From Oligoflexales bacterium (lineage in GTDB: Bacteria > Bdellovibrionota_B > Oligoflexia > Oligoflexales > Bog-1112), in contig JBGCDR010000023.1 in the NCBI GenBank assembly GCA_045105515.1, positions 1 to 15,615 of the forward strand: a stretch of DNA of 15,615 nucleotides, in the 5' to 3' direction. The notes beneath the pieces are model-generated. The model had not been told where the DNA came from and searched no databases. It worked only from the letters and a program-made list of their open reading frames with translations. Made by a program: the position numbers and the translations under genes. Below, in pieces: positions 1 to 7,699 of the stretch; the first letter of the stretch is position 1, and each line of letters starts with the position of its first letter.

Positions 1-425
1 TATCTCATACCTTTGCTCATAAGTCAGATTGGCAGACATAAATACCCCTTTCTTGCAAGCAGATTAGCCTCATAGACTAAACTAAATCCGCCTTCCGAAG
101 CGATGGAATTTTTTCTTCTGCACTTAATCTAGCAATCCGCCCTCAATAAAACGAGAAACCAAATTGAAATTAAGACTATTCTTATGGTTGTCTTTATCCC
201 AATTTCTTCTGTTCATGCTTCTACATCGGACTTAATCATTACAACCAAAGGAAAAAATAAAGACATCCAGAATGCAATTGAACAAATTGTAGTCTTACAG
301 CTTGGATTATGTAGTTAGAACACCAAACTCAGAAACAAATTATCGCGCTTCATTAATTATAAAATCAAATCTTTACTTCTTAAGGAAAATATTCTCCATA
401 TTACCTTAATTAAGGGGGAGTATCG

Positions 426-1562
426 ATGTCACTTTCTAACCTTTTATTTCACATTGTATTTGCTATCAGAATTTGCAGCTTATTCCAGCCTGCCTTTGCC
501 AATGAAGATAGAAAAAGCTTAAGTTCCCACAAGCAGACATTAATCTTTGAAGAAGAAATTCCTGATGAATTTGATGAATCCTTACTGGTCCCTGCAGATA
601 CTGTGAAGCTCCAAGCTCAAAAGAAATTATTTTTGCAAGCCCTAGGTACAGCAATCCTACTTACAGGAGCCAGTCTATGTTGTTACTATTATTACGGGTA
701 CCGAAAACAATCATTTACCGCAAAGCAAATAGCCATAAAAGAACAGGCCGAAATTTCACATTTAAGCGGCTTAAACGAGGCCGATGCTCGCAGAATTGAG
801 GAATTGAAAGCGCAAAGCTCGCAGAAGATCTATAAGAAAAAAAAGCTTGATCTTAAAAAAGAACAAGTTATGAACACCATAAATTACCTCAGTGAGGAAA
901 TAAAACACGAAATCGAATCCTACCAAGTCTTCAGAAATAGTCTCTTAGAACATGCGAGAGATATCAGCGAGTACCCTGAAGTTCATAAGCAGCTCAACCA
1001 AACCACCAGCCTAAAACAATTTAAAACCTTAGAACAAGTCAAAAAATACTCGAACTTATTAGCACAAGTAATTAACAGCGATGAATCTCTAGAATCGAAA
1101 CAGCGTTTACCTTTACTGCGTGTAAAAAAATTAAAAGCTCAAATTGCTATCAGGCAGATCCGTAAGCTCTTGTCACAAGAAAAAACTGAACTCAATCAAG
1201 AACGTTCTAAAAATGCAAGCTTTGTTCAAGGATTAAGCTTGCTCTTCTCCAGCATATTCATACCTTTTGAGCATCATGAAGCCTACAGAATGCAAAAATT
1301 ACAATTTGAACTCGTCCAAAAAATGCAAATCCTGGATTCCAAGCTTGGTTCAATCGAGAATAGATTAAAGAATATGGATCTTGTAAACTGTGTCGAATTA
1401 GTAAACTCTGCTCAGAATTTGCGTTCTGATGTTTCTACTCTTGAGCAGATTATGAAAATCGAAAATAGTCATAGCTATACCATCCGAGAGCCCAGCTGTG
1501 CTGACGGTGATTTCTCAGTATTCCATAGGGAAATTGAAGGTTTACACGCTGCTTTTGATTAA
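426..1562 (+). CDS. Hypothetical exported/membrane-anchored coiled-coil protein (378 aa)
   Basis: Strong SD (AAGGGGGAG) 5 nt before the ATG. Signal-peptide-like N-terminus ending in AFA. Hydrophobic segment LFLQALGTAILLTGASLCCYYYY followed by long K/E/Q/L-rich heptad-like helices. No recognised family. Confidence 0.8.
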   Translation: MSLSNLLFHIVFAIRICSLFQPAFANEDRKSLSSHKQTLIFEEEIPDEFDESLLVPADTVKLQAQKKLFLQALGTAILLTGASLCCYYYYGYRKQSFTAKQIAIKEQAEISHLSGLNEADARRIEELKAQSSQKIYKKKKLDLKKEQVMNTINYLSEEIKHEIESYQVFRNSLLEHARDISEYPEVHKQLNQTTSLKQFKTLEQVKKYSNLLAQVINSDESLESKQRLPLLRVKKLKAQIAIRQIRKLLSQEKTELNQERSKNASFVQGLSLLFSSIFIPFEHHEAYRMQKLQFELVQKMQILDSKLGSIENRLKNMDLVNCVELVNSAQNLRSDVSTLEQIMKIENSHSYTIREPSCADGDFSVFHREIEGLHAAFD

Positions 1563-1585
1563 AAATAAATAAAGGATTTCTTCTT

Positions 1586-2488
1586 ATGCATTTTTATAAA
1601 AAGCTATTTCTCATCTTAATTTGCCTCACTTCCACAAAATCTTATGCCACAGGTTACTTGGAACAAACTTGGTCTCGGATTAATGCATTAAACATTTATC
1701 TCGGAGAGACTAAGAACCCTTTAAATGTTACTTATTGGCTTATTGTAGAACCTGCTATCGAGTTCATTGATCAGTCACTTTTTAAAGGGCTACGCTATGG
1801 AATGTTTTTCCTCTGCATTTGTATGACCTATAGGATCGTAAGCAATCAAGTATTACCAGTTGTTCTGCGCTACCCTGAGGATCAACACTCTAAAAAGCCT
1901 CGATCTTCATCAGCAATCTTGGCAAAGTCTAGGTATTTCGAGTCTCCTCTTCAGGTAAAAATCGATGAGATTGGCTTGTCAAAAAGAACAAGGTCACAGT
2001 TTATTAGTTACGGAATCCTACTTAAAAATGCAGCAGACGCATCCCAACCCTTACCTAAACTTTTGATAAATAATCTAAGCTCTGCGGAGTTTCAAAAAGT
2101 AATTATTTCCTTAGCTAAAATAGGCGGGTATCAATACCAGGTTTTAGATGCGGAAGCTCTAACTGCAGATCCCGAGAAAGCAATAAATACTTTGAGACAA
2201 GTTTTTAGTAATGCTGCAAAATCAAGCAAGTGTAAAACCATTATCAGCTTTGTCAATTTAAAGGAGCTCATAGAGTTCCCATACTCTGATACTGAAGGCA
2301 AACTCATAGAGCTCATTAGCTTCAGCAAGGCTTTGCTAAGCTTAAATTCAAAAAACTTTACGATCATAGCGCAGCTAAACTATAATGCACGCCAGCTTGT
2401 AGAGTTAAGCGACTTCTTAACTACAAGCTTTGAGTTCGATTTTTTGGCGAAACACAAGAAATATCTTAGTAAACTTAATGTATCTTAA
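1586..2488 (+). CDS. Membrane-anchored degenerate AAA+ (ATAD3-like) pseudo-ATPase (300 aa)
   Basis: AAGGA SD, 23 nt after the upstream stop. Signal peptide (..SYA) and a TM segment (YGMFFLCICMTY). The C-terminal ~165 aa follow the AAA+ alpha/beta pattern (PLPKLLI..; LAKIGGYQYQVLDA; AINTLRQVFSNAAKS; NSKNFTIIAQLN; SFEFD), but the Walker A position reads NNLSSAEF and the Walker B position reads ISFVNL. The CDS is solid; the family call is by eye. Confidence 0.6.
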   Translation: MHFYKKLFLILICLTSTKSYATGYLEQTWSRINALNIYLGETKNPLNVTYWLIVEPAIEFIDQSLFKGLRYGMFFLCICMTYRIVSNQVLPVVLRYPEDQHSKKPRSSSAILAKSRYFESPLQVKIDEIGLSKRTRSQFISYGILLKNAADASQPLPKLLINNLSSAEFQKVIISLAKIGGYQYQVLDAEALTADPEKAINTLRQVFSNAAKSSKCKTIISFVNLKELIEFPYSDTEGKLIELISFSKALLSLNSKNFTIIAQLNYNARQLVELSDFLTTSFEFDFLAKHKKYLSKLNVS

Positions 2489-2511
2489 TGTAGCAGATTC
2501 ACCATCTGTAT

Positions 2512-2605
2512 AAACTCACAGAAACTTTAAGAAATAGGCTTATCCTCTCACTCGAGAATTTACTAGCACCTTTTCTTGAAAAGAAGAGGGCTCGTGAAGG
2601 GGGGT
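2512..2605 (-). repeat. Copy A (diverged, orphan) of a ~95-100 nt structured leader element
   Basis: Aligns in the same orientation with 7700-7797 in three ungapped blocks counted by hand: 23/29, 24/29 and 17/20 identities. Confidence 0.85.
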
Positions 2606-2660
2606 CAATTTATTCATAAAATATTTTTTGAAATTAATTTTGAAATACACTTGGAGTAGA

Positions 2661-2921
2661 ATGGCATTTATAACTATTATCCTTTTTGTGGTCGTCCTCG
2701 CTTTTCAAAATATTCATTCCTTAAACTCACAAAAGAAATTCCTGGGCGTTCACAAGCTGACTTTTTTTTACGCAACTTTACAAATTTTTCATGCTTCATC
2801 ATGCTTAACTCTTTTTCTTCCAACAACAGTTTCAACGTTCTACAAAATAAAAAATGCACTGAGTACTCTAAGCTGGTTGCCTAGCCATATTTTTTCTGAT
2901 AAACCAGACATGTTAGCGTAA
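2661..2921 (+). CDS. Possible small hydrophobic protein (86 aa from ATG 2661)
   Basis: GGAG 4 nt before ATG 2661, hydrophobic N-terminus MAFITIILFVVVLAF, and an intrinsic terminator downstream at 2997-3029. It conflicts with an antisense ORF at 2677-2802 and no homology is recognised. Confidence 0.3.
   Translation: MAFITIILFVVVLAFQNIHSLNSQKKFLGVHKLTFFYATLQIFHASSCLTLFLPTTVSTFYKIKNALSTLSWLPSHIFSDKPDMLA
2677..2802 (-). CDS. Possible small basic peptide (41 aa) with AT-hook-like KRGRPQK tail
   Basis: MMKHEKFVKLRKKKSACERPGISFVSLRNEYFEKRGRPQKG, ending in tandem stops TAA TAG, with a purine-rich upstream sequence. Overlaps the + strand ORF. Confidence 0.25.
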   Translation of the reverse strand: MMKHEKFVKLRKKKSACERPGISFVSLRNEYFEKRGRPQKG

Positions 2922-2965
2922 GAAAACTTCCTATCTACACTGAGCTCAGTGATGTTAGCGCAAGA
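2910..2965. promoter_or_regulatory. Candidate operator: direct repeat ATGTTAGCGYAAGA x2 flanking the palindrome CACTGAGCTCAGTG
   Basis: ATGTTAGCGTAAGA at 2910-2923 and ATGTTAGCGCAAGA at 2952-2965 (13/14 identical, 42-bp period). Perfect 14-bp palindrome at 2938-2951. Confidence 0.4.
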
Positions 2966-2996
2966 TCTGAGCCCTTTTATTTTCTTATGCTTTGAC

Positions 2997-3029
2997 ACCA
3001 GCATTCCATGGGCATGCTGGTTTTTTTTT
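2997..3029 (+). terminator. Rho-independent terminator
   Basis: Stem CCAGCAT (2998-3004)/ATGCTGG (3014-3020), followed directly by T9 (3021-3029). Confidence 0.8.
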
Positions 3030-3246
3030 GCTCAATGTATCTCATATAATACCTACAAGGCACCTTTGAGCATCCTGCCCAGAAAATACTCTGTTGCAAT
3101 ATTTGCGGCTGTTTCGTAAATCGACTTACGGTTTAACCGCTACGTGCATAGTCTTAGCACTACTTGAACTTACTGCAAAGATTAATGCTCGGATCAAATT
3201 CCACAAACAAACCGAAATTGGCAAACAACTAGGATTATTTGGTTTA

Positions 3247-3774
3247 ATGGATTACGCAGAAGTAAAAAAAAGAATTCAACACTTTCTTTTGCAACAAGAT
3301 GAAGGTTATAGAGAGTCAATTCAAAACAATATCCCAGCACCTTCTATTGCAAAGATAGCCAAATCACTGGACAAAAAATGTTCAATTGGTCAGCGGCGGC
3401 TCCAAAAGTATTTATCGGATACCGATAACGAAAAGGAGCTTTCCATCAATCTAAGTGATCTTGATACTTTTGCTAAATTAGTAGACATGAAACCAGGTCA
3501 ATTTTTATCTTATTTACTGGAGGAGGACAGCCTAAGTCCGCAACTATCTCCATGGAAAAGTAATTTGATCGAATTCTTTGGCAATATTCACCATTCCTTA
3601 AGGAGGGAGCTAAATTGTACCGTTTTCTCCGGAGAAGATATTGAAAGGCGTGAAAAATTGTTAGACCTGCTTCTATTAATGGATAAAACTAATTCAGCCG
3701 ATTTTTCTGTTATTAATCGCATTGTAGCAGCAATTGTAAACGACAGCCAAACAAGCTCTCACCTTAGAAAATAA
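3247..3774 (+). CDS. Putative XRE/Cro-C1-like helix-turn-helix regulator (175 aa from ATG 3247)
   Basis: Segment SIAKIAKSLDKKCSIGQRRLQKYLS....INLSDLDTFAKLVDMKPGQFL has the XRE-family helix spacing. ATG 3247 is preferred over the track's TTG at 3094 because the extra 51 codons do not look protein-like. Confidence 0.55.
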   Translation: MDYAEVKKRIQHFLLQQDEGYRESIQNNIPAPSIAKIAKSLDKKCSIGQRRLQKYLSDTDNEKELSINLSDLDTFAKLVDMKPGQFLSYLLEEDSLSPQLSPWKSNLIEFFGNIHHSLRRELNCTVFSGEDIERREKLLDLLLLMDKTNSADFSVINRIVAAIVNDSQTSSHLRK

Positions 3775-3943
3775 CCTCAAAGGTTAATATAACTTGAACT
3801 TTTCCTCTTAGATGATAAATTCTGTTACCGTTCATTTAAATGGAAGTGCGAAAATTTAGCGCAAATCCATAAAGCTTAGCTTTACAGCATCTTTATGACG
3901 AAGCTTCCATAATCCCGGCTCTTACGTATAGGTTTTTTGGATT

Positions 3944-5518
3944 ATGAAATACCTCCATTGTCTTCTAATTTACCTTTGGTCATTCCAGCTACTGGGAAGA
4001 GAGAGTATTGAAGACCAAGAACGTAATATCAAAAAAGTGCTGAGCCTCAATGAACCTACGATTATACTCACCAATGAACTATCGGGTAATACCTTTGATC
4101 CTCTAGACGCGAGCCTAACTAAAAATATTCGCACCATGCGTCTTCTGTACGAAACACCAATTAGGTTCGACAAAAATGGATTTATGATTTCGAATGTGCT
4201 CAGCAAATTCTCATTCAGCCCCGAAAAAAATAATATTACCTTCGTACTAAGAAATGACCTAAATTATAGCGATCATACTCCTGTTACAATTCTAGATTTA
4301 TCAATAACTATCAAAAGGATGCTTCTATCCAGACCAGATCACCCTGCACTTAACCAAATCGTTGGTTTGACAGAATGGTTAAAACACGACCATCCCTTAG
4401 AACATATGCCTTCGGGATTTTCTATTGTTAACAATACCCTAAGCATTCGTTATACAGAAAATATTCCCCAACTCCTTAACTGGTTTACTAACGAGATTTT
4501 TTCGATCATACCTGAAAGATGTATTGATAAAAAAAACAGCAACTTGGTTTGCAAGATTCCTCCTTTTTCTGGAGAGTATGAGCTAACTCAAAACGAAATT
4601 CCTTTTGTTTCCTTCAAAAAAAGAACGAGAAAAAAACAAAAACCCGATAAAATCAAGTTCATTCATATTTCACCGGTGAGGATTATCAAATTCCTTGATT
4701 TTTATTGTGGTAACCATGTTATTACTACAGACGATATTTACATCCCCCCTGATCATCGCAATATTTTGAAAAATCGTTTCAAACAAAATTCAGTTCCTGA
4801 ATCAAGATTTATGGGCATTATTCTGAATACCAATGTGCCTCCATTCAATAATATCAGGGTGAGACAATTTTTTGCTAAAGAGTACAGAAAAACACTCGAA
4901 CAGCTGTTTGGGTGCTCAGATGGAAGCATATTCACACGAATGATGCCAGGTTATGTACCCTTGGATGTTTTAGGAACAAGGATTCATGACTTCACGATCG
5001 AGGAAGAAAATGAGATTATAGGTATTTTGAGAAATCACCCACCGCTTTGGCTTGCTCGCGCTATCGATGGAGATCACGACCCCTTTCAGTTTTATCTGTC
5101 ACACACCTTAAAAAGATTAGGAATTAAGCAAAAACCACCAATTGAACGAATAAAAGGAATCAAAGAGTATCTAGATTCTTGGGAGAAAGGCAAACACAAC
5201 ATAAGTAGAGCTTACTCCGGTCTAGGTGGCCCGGATCCCACGAATGATCTTAAGATGCTCTTTGCCAAAAATATGTATTATTTTATGGATGATCTTTATA
5301 AAGACGAAGTTCTTCAGGATCTCATAAACAATGTAAGTCATAAGAGTGTAGAGGAAATTGATCAACTTCACCTCAAGAAAATTAATGCCCATCTGTTTGA
5401 ACAGGCGATTTTTTCAACAGTAATAAACTATACAACGGTACAGTATACTTTAAGGAGTAGCACTCTTAAGATCGTCAGTGATTATTCAACAGATGCATCA
5501 CATTACTTCATAAATTGA
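3944..5518 (+). CDS. Extracellular solute-binding protein, family 5 (OppA/DppA-like)
   Basis: Signal-peptide-like N-terminus. Family-5 motifs TFDPLDA..LLYETPIRFD, ITFVLRNDLNYSDHTPVT..D, PPFSGEY, LNTNVPPFNNIRVRQ. The length (524 aa) is typical. Confidence 0.85.
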   Translation: MKYLHCLLIYLWSFQLLGRESIEDQERNIKKVLSLNEPTIILTNELSGNTFDPLDASLTKNIRTMRLLYETPIRFDKNGFMISNVLSKFSFSPEKNNITFVLRNDLNYSDHTPVTILDLSITIKRMLLSRPDHPALNQIVGLTEWLKHDHPLEHMPSGFSIVNNTLSIRYTENIPQLLNWFTNEIFSIIPERCIDKKNSNLVCKIPPFSGEYELTQNEIPFVSFKKRTRKKQKPDKIKFIHISPVRIIKFLDFYCGNHVITTDDIYIPPDHRNILKNRFKQNSVPESRFMGIILNTNVPPFNNIRVRQFFAKEYRKTLEQLFGCSDGSIFTRMMPGYVPLDVLGTRIHDFTIEEENEIIGILRNHPPLWLARAIDGDHDPFQFYLSHTLKRLGIKQKPPIERIKGIKEYLDSWEKGKHNISRAYSGLGGPDPTNDLKMLFAKNMYYFMDDLYKDEVLQDLINNVSHKSVEEIDQLHLKKINAHLFEQAIFSTVINYTTVQYTLRSSTLKIVSDYSTDASHYFIN

Positions 5519-5572
5519 TCTTCTAATTTTTAAACAAATTTAATGCACAGTTTCTGTAAGTGAGCTAGAGCC

Positions 5573-7147
5573 ATGGATAAAGAAATAACACCAAAAAAAA
5601 CCATTTTATTTCTAACAATACTTCTGTCAATTACTTCGTACTTTGGCCTAGATCACCACTACAGAACAAGAGCAAAAGATGTTGTGTTTACCATAATTAA
5701 TTCTTCAGGCGAATTGATAAAAGTTAATAACTTCATGCAGTTTGGGGGTACCATAAAGTTTGTTATGAGTCGGGAACCGTTCATAAAGAGCGTTTTCCTT
5801 TACGACAAAGACTATCGCAAGCTCCTTAATTTTGGTGATGAAGTCGATATCTCTACCGAATTCCATAATTTTAATCACGAGCAGATCCAAATCCTCAATC
5901 GTGGTCCACTAGCATATACTATAAAATATGTATTTAATAATGACTCAGATATTATAATGGTTGCCTATCTGCACGATGACAACCGGTTCTTGACCCTTTT
6001 TATTATGGTATCTGTTATTTTTGCTTTATTTGGAATCATCTACATAGTTTGTCAGCGCCTAGATTTTGATAACCTCAATGCTCAAGCAGCAAAACATGCC
6101 CTTGATCTCATGAGCTGCGGATTTCACGAGATGAAGCAAACAGTTGAACTATTTAGATGCTTACAGGAAAATATCGTTAATGGAGAAGTAACTTTCAATA
6201 ACCAAAATTATGAAAAAATGTTCGTTCACGATTTCAACAGGAATATGATCTCAGTAGATTCCATGATGTCTATCCTAAAACTGACCAATAAGCGAGCATA
6301 CCAAAACAATTGTGAAACAGATCTTAATCAAGTTATTGATGCATGCATTGAAACTTACAGAACAAAAGGTAAGAGTATAGATATAAAGTTCAACCATTCT
6401 ACGAAACTAACACTATCGAACGATATCCTCTATGCGACTTTTGGCAATTTAATTAAAAATGCTTACACTTACTCTGATGGCCTTATTTGGATTAGGACTA
6501 GTGAGGTAAGCAAATATTTGGTGTTCACAATTGCAAACACCGGTAAAGAGATACCAAAAGAAAAACAAAAAGCTATTCTTAAACCAGGTGTCGCATTGAA
6601 AGGACAAACCGGCCTTGGACTGCATATTTGCGATATGTGGTGCAAGAAGATAGGCGCAAAGCTAAGTATTGAGAGCAATCATGCAGCAACTCAATTCACA
6701 ATTAAAATTCCCCTGCAGCAACATGTCATTCAGAGCATCAAAAAAGAAGTTGTTGAAAAAAAGGGCAATTTAAGCTATCTCAAAACTCGTACTACCAAAA
6801 AAGTAGCAGTTATAGATGACGTTGAAACATTCCGCGTAAGCATCTGTAAACAAATTGCTAGATATGGATGCTCTGCAGAAAATTTTGAAAATATGGATAT
6901 CTTCCTGGACAACCTTAAAAATGACCCAAGTCAGTTCAATTACATTTTGATCGACCGACATGGAAATGGCTTCGATGCAGTCAAGGATCGTTTTCCCGAC
7001 TCTTGTCGCTACTATGGTTACCAGGGAAAGATTATATTGTATTCTAGTGATATACCAGACGTGAGCCAAGAAGAATTAAAGCTTAAAGGATTTGACTTTG
7101 CAGTAAAAAAAGGCCAACAGATAAACTGGGTACAATTTCTCCAGTAG
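5573..7147 (+). CDS. Hybrid sensor histidine kinase (2 TM, short periplasmic domain, HisKA, HATPase, C-terminal receiver)
   Basis: TM segments at ~aa 11-26 and ~aa 139-160. H-box GFHEMKQ, N-box FGNLIKNAYTYS, G1 ANTGKEI, G2 GQTGLGL. Receiver motifs VAVIDD, ILID, LYSS and AVKK. Confidence 0.9.
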   Translation: MDKEITPKKTILFLTILLSITSYFGLDHHYRTRAKDVVFTIINSSGELIKVNNFMQFGGTIKFVMSREPFIKSVFLYDKDYRKLLNFGDEVDISTEFHNFNHEQIQILNRGPLAYTIKYVFNNDSDIIMVAYLHDDNRFLTLFIMVSVIFALFGIIYIVCQRLDFDNLNAQAAKHALDLMSCGFHEMKQTVELFRCLQENIVNGEVTFNNQNYEKMFVHDFNRNMISVDSMMSILKLTNKRAYQNNCETDLNQVIDACIETYRTKGKSIDIKFNHSTKLTLSNDILYATFGNLIKNAYTYSDGLIWIRTSEVSKYLVFTIANTGKEIPKEKQKAILKPGVALKGQTGLGLHICDMWCKKIGAKLSIESNHAATQFTIKIPLQQHVIQSIKKEVVEKKGNLSYLKTRTTKKVAVIDDVETFRVSICKQIARYGCSAENFENMDIFLDNLKNDPSQFNYILIDRHGNGFDAVKDRFPDSCRYYGYQGKIILYSSDIPDVSQEELKLKGFDFAVKKGQQINWVQFLQ

Positions 7148-7150
7148 ACA

Positions 7151-7181
7151 AGGTTCTCCAGATGGAACTCCGGAGAATCCT
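7151..7181. terminator. Hairpin between convergent genes, possible bidirectional terminator
   Basis: AGGTTCTCC..GGAGAATCCT inverted repeat in the 52-nt gap between the kinase stop and the carbonic anhydrase stop. U-tracts are weak. Confidence 0.5.
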
Positions 7182-7199
7182 CTTATTTCGGCAAACTTT

Positions 7200-7676
7200 T
7201 TAAGTTGAGTATGGGAGAGATGAATGGTGGAGGTTGATACGAAGGCATCCATCTTTATCAAGTATATACCCGAAGGTATACTCAACCTTTATAATCTGGC
7301 CTTCAGTGTCCGTAAAAAAATAATTTCCCATCGCCAGAGATGTATCTCCATGGATGATCACATTTTCATTTTCGAATCTTATGGCTGTCCAAGGTTTAAT
7401 TGCAAAGCCGTTGTCTTCTGGGCAAATACCATTTGTTGCGACAAAATATGATAGAGCTGATTCCTTATCACTTCTAAACTGCTGTTGAGCAGCTAATGTT
7501 GGCTTAAACAGCACTGGCGATAAGTCATAGGCATATAACTCATCAATAAGAACCTTTGCTGCTTCAGAATAGTCTTGCTTTTCAATATAAGCTTGGCCGA
7601 CTTTTATAATTCCATCGGCCCATTTTTTTTGAGCTTCAATCACCTTTTCTTTTGTTAATGTGTAAAGTGTAGCCAT
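7200..7676 (-). CDS. COG4337-type carbonic anhydrase (metal-independent, iota-like, SnoaL/NTF2-like fold; often mis-annotated as phosphoribosyl-AMP cyclohydrolase)
   Basis: Motifs W(A/G)xGI..IG, VLFKPTLA, FR....ALSYFV, PEDxGFA..PW..IRFEN, AMGNYFF, KVEYTFGY and the C-terminal LHHSSLPY. Strong SD AAAGGAG. No signal peptide; single domain. Confidence 0.85.
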   Translation of the reverse strand: MATLYTLTKEKVIEAQKKWADGIIKVGQAYIEKQDYSEAAKVLIDELYAYDLSPVLFKPTLAAQQQFRSDKESALSYFVATNGICPEDNGFAIKPWTAIRFENENVIIHGDTSLAMGNYFFTDTEGQIIKVEYTFGYILDKDGCLRINLHHSSLPYST

Positions 7677-7699
7677 TATTGATCTCCTTTTTGATAGTG

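Noticed and set aside
184..318. 44-codon + strand ORF MVVFIPISSVHASTSDLII.. with a signal-peptide-like start
   Set aside because: No convincing SD or upstream start, very short, and no recognisable homology. It may be a gene remnant but cannot be supported.
2910..2965. Mini CRISPR array
   Set aside because: Only two 14-bp repeats, too short, with a palindromic 'spacer' and no cas genes in the window.
3094..3246. N-terminal extension of the HTH gene from TTG 3094
   Set aside because: No SD and the residues do not look protein-like. ATG 3247 gives a compact HTH protein.
3944..7147. SBP and kinase are both exactly 524 aa
   Set aside because: No sequence similarity between them; coincidence.
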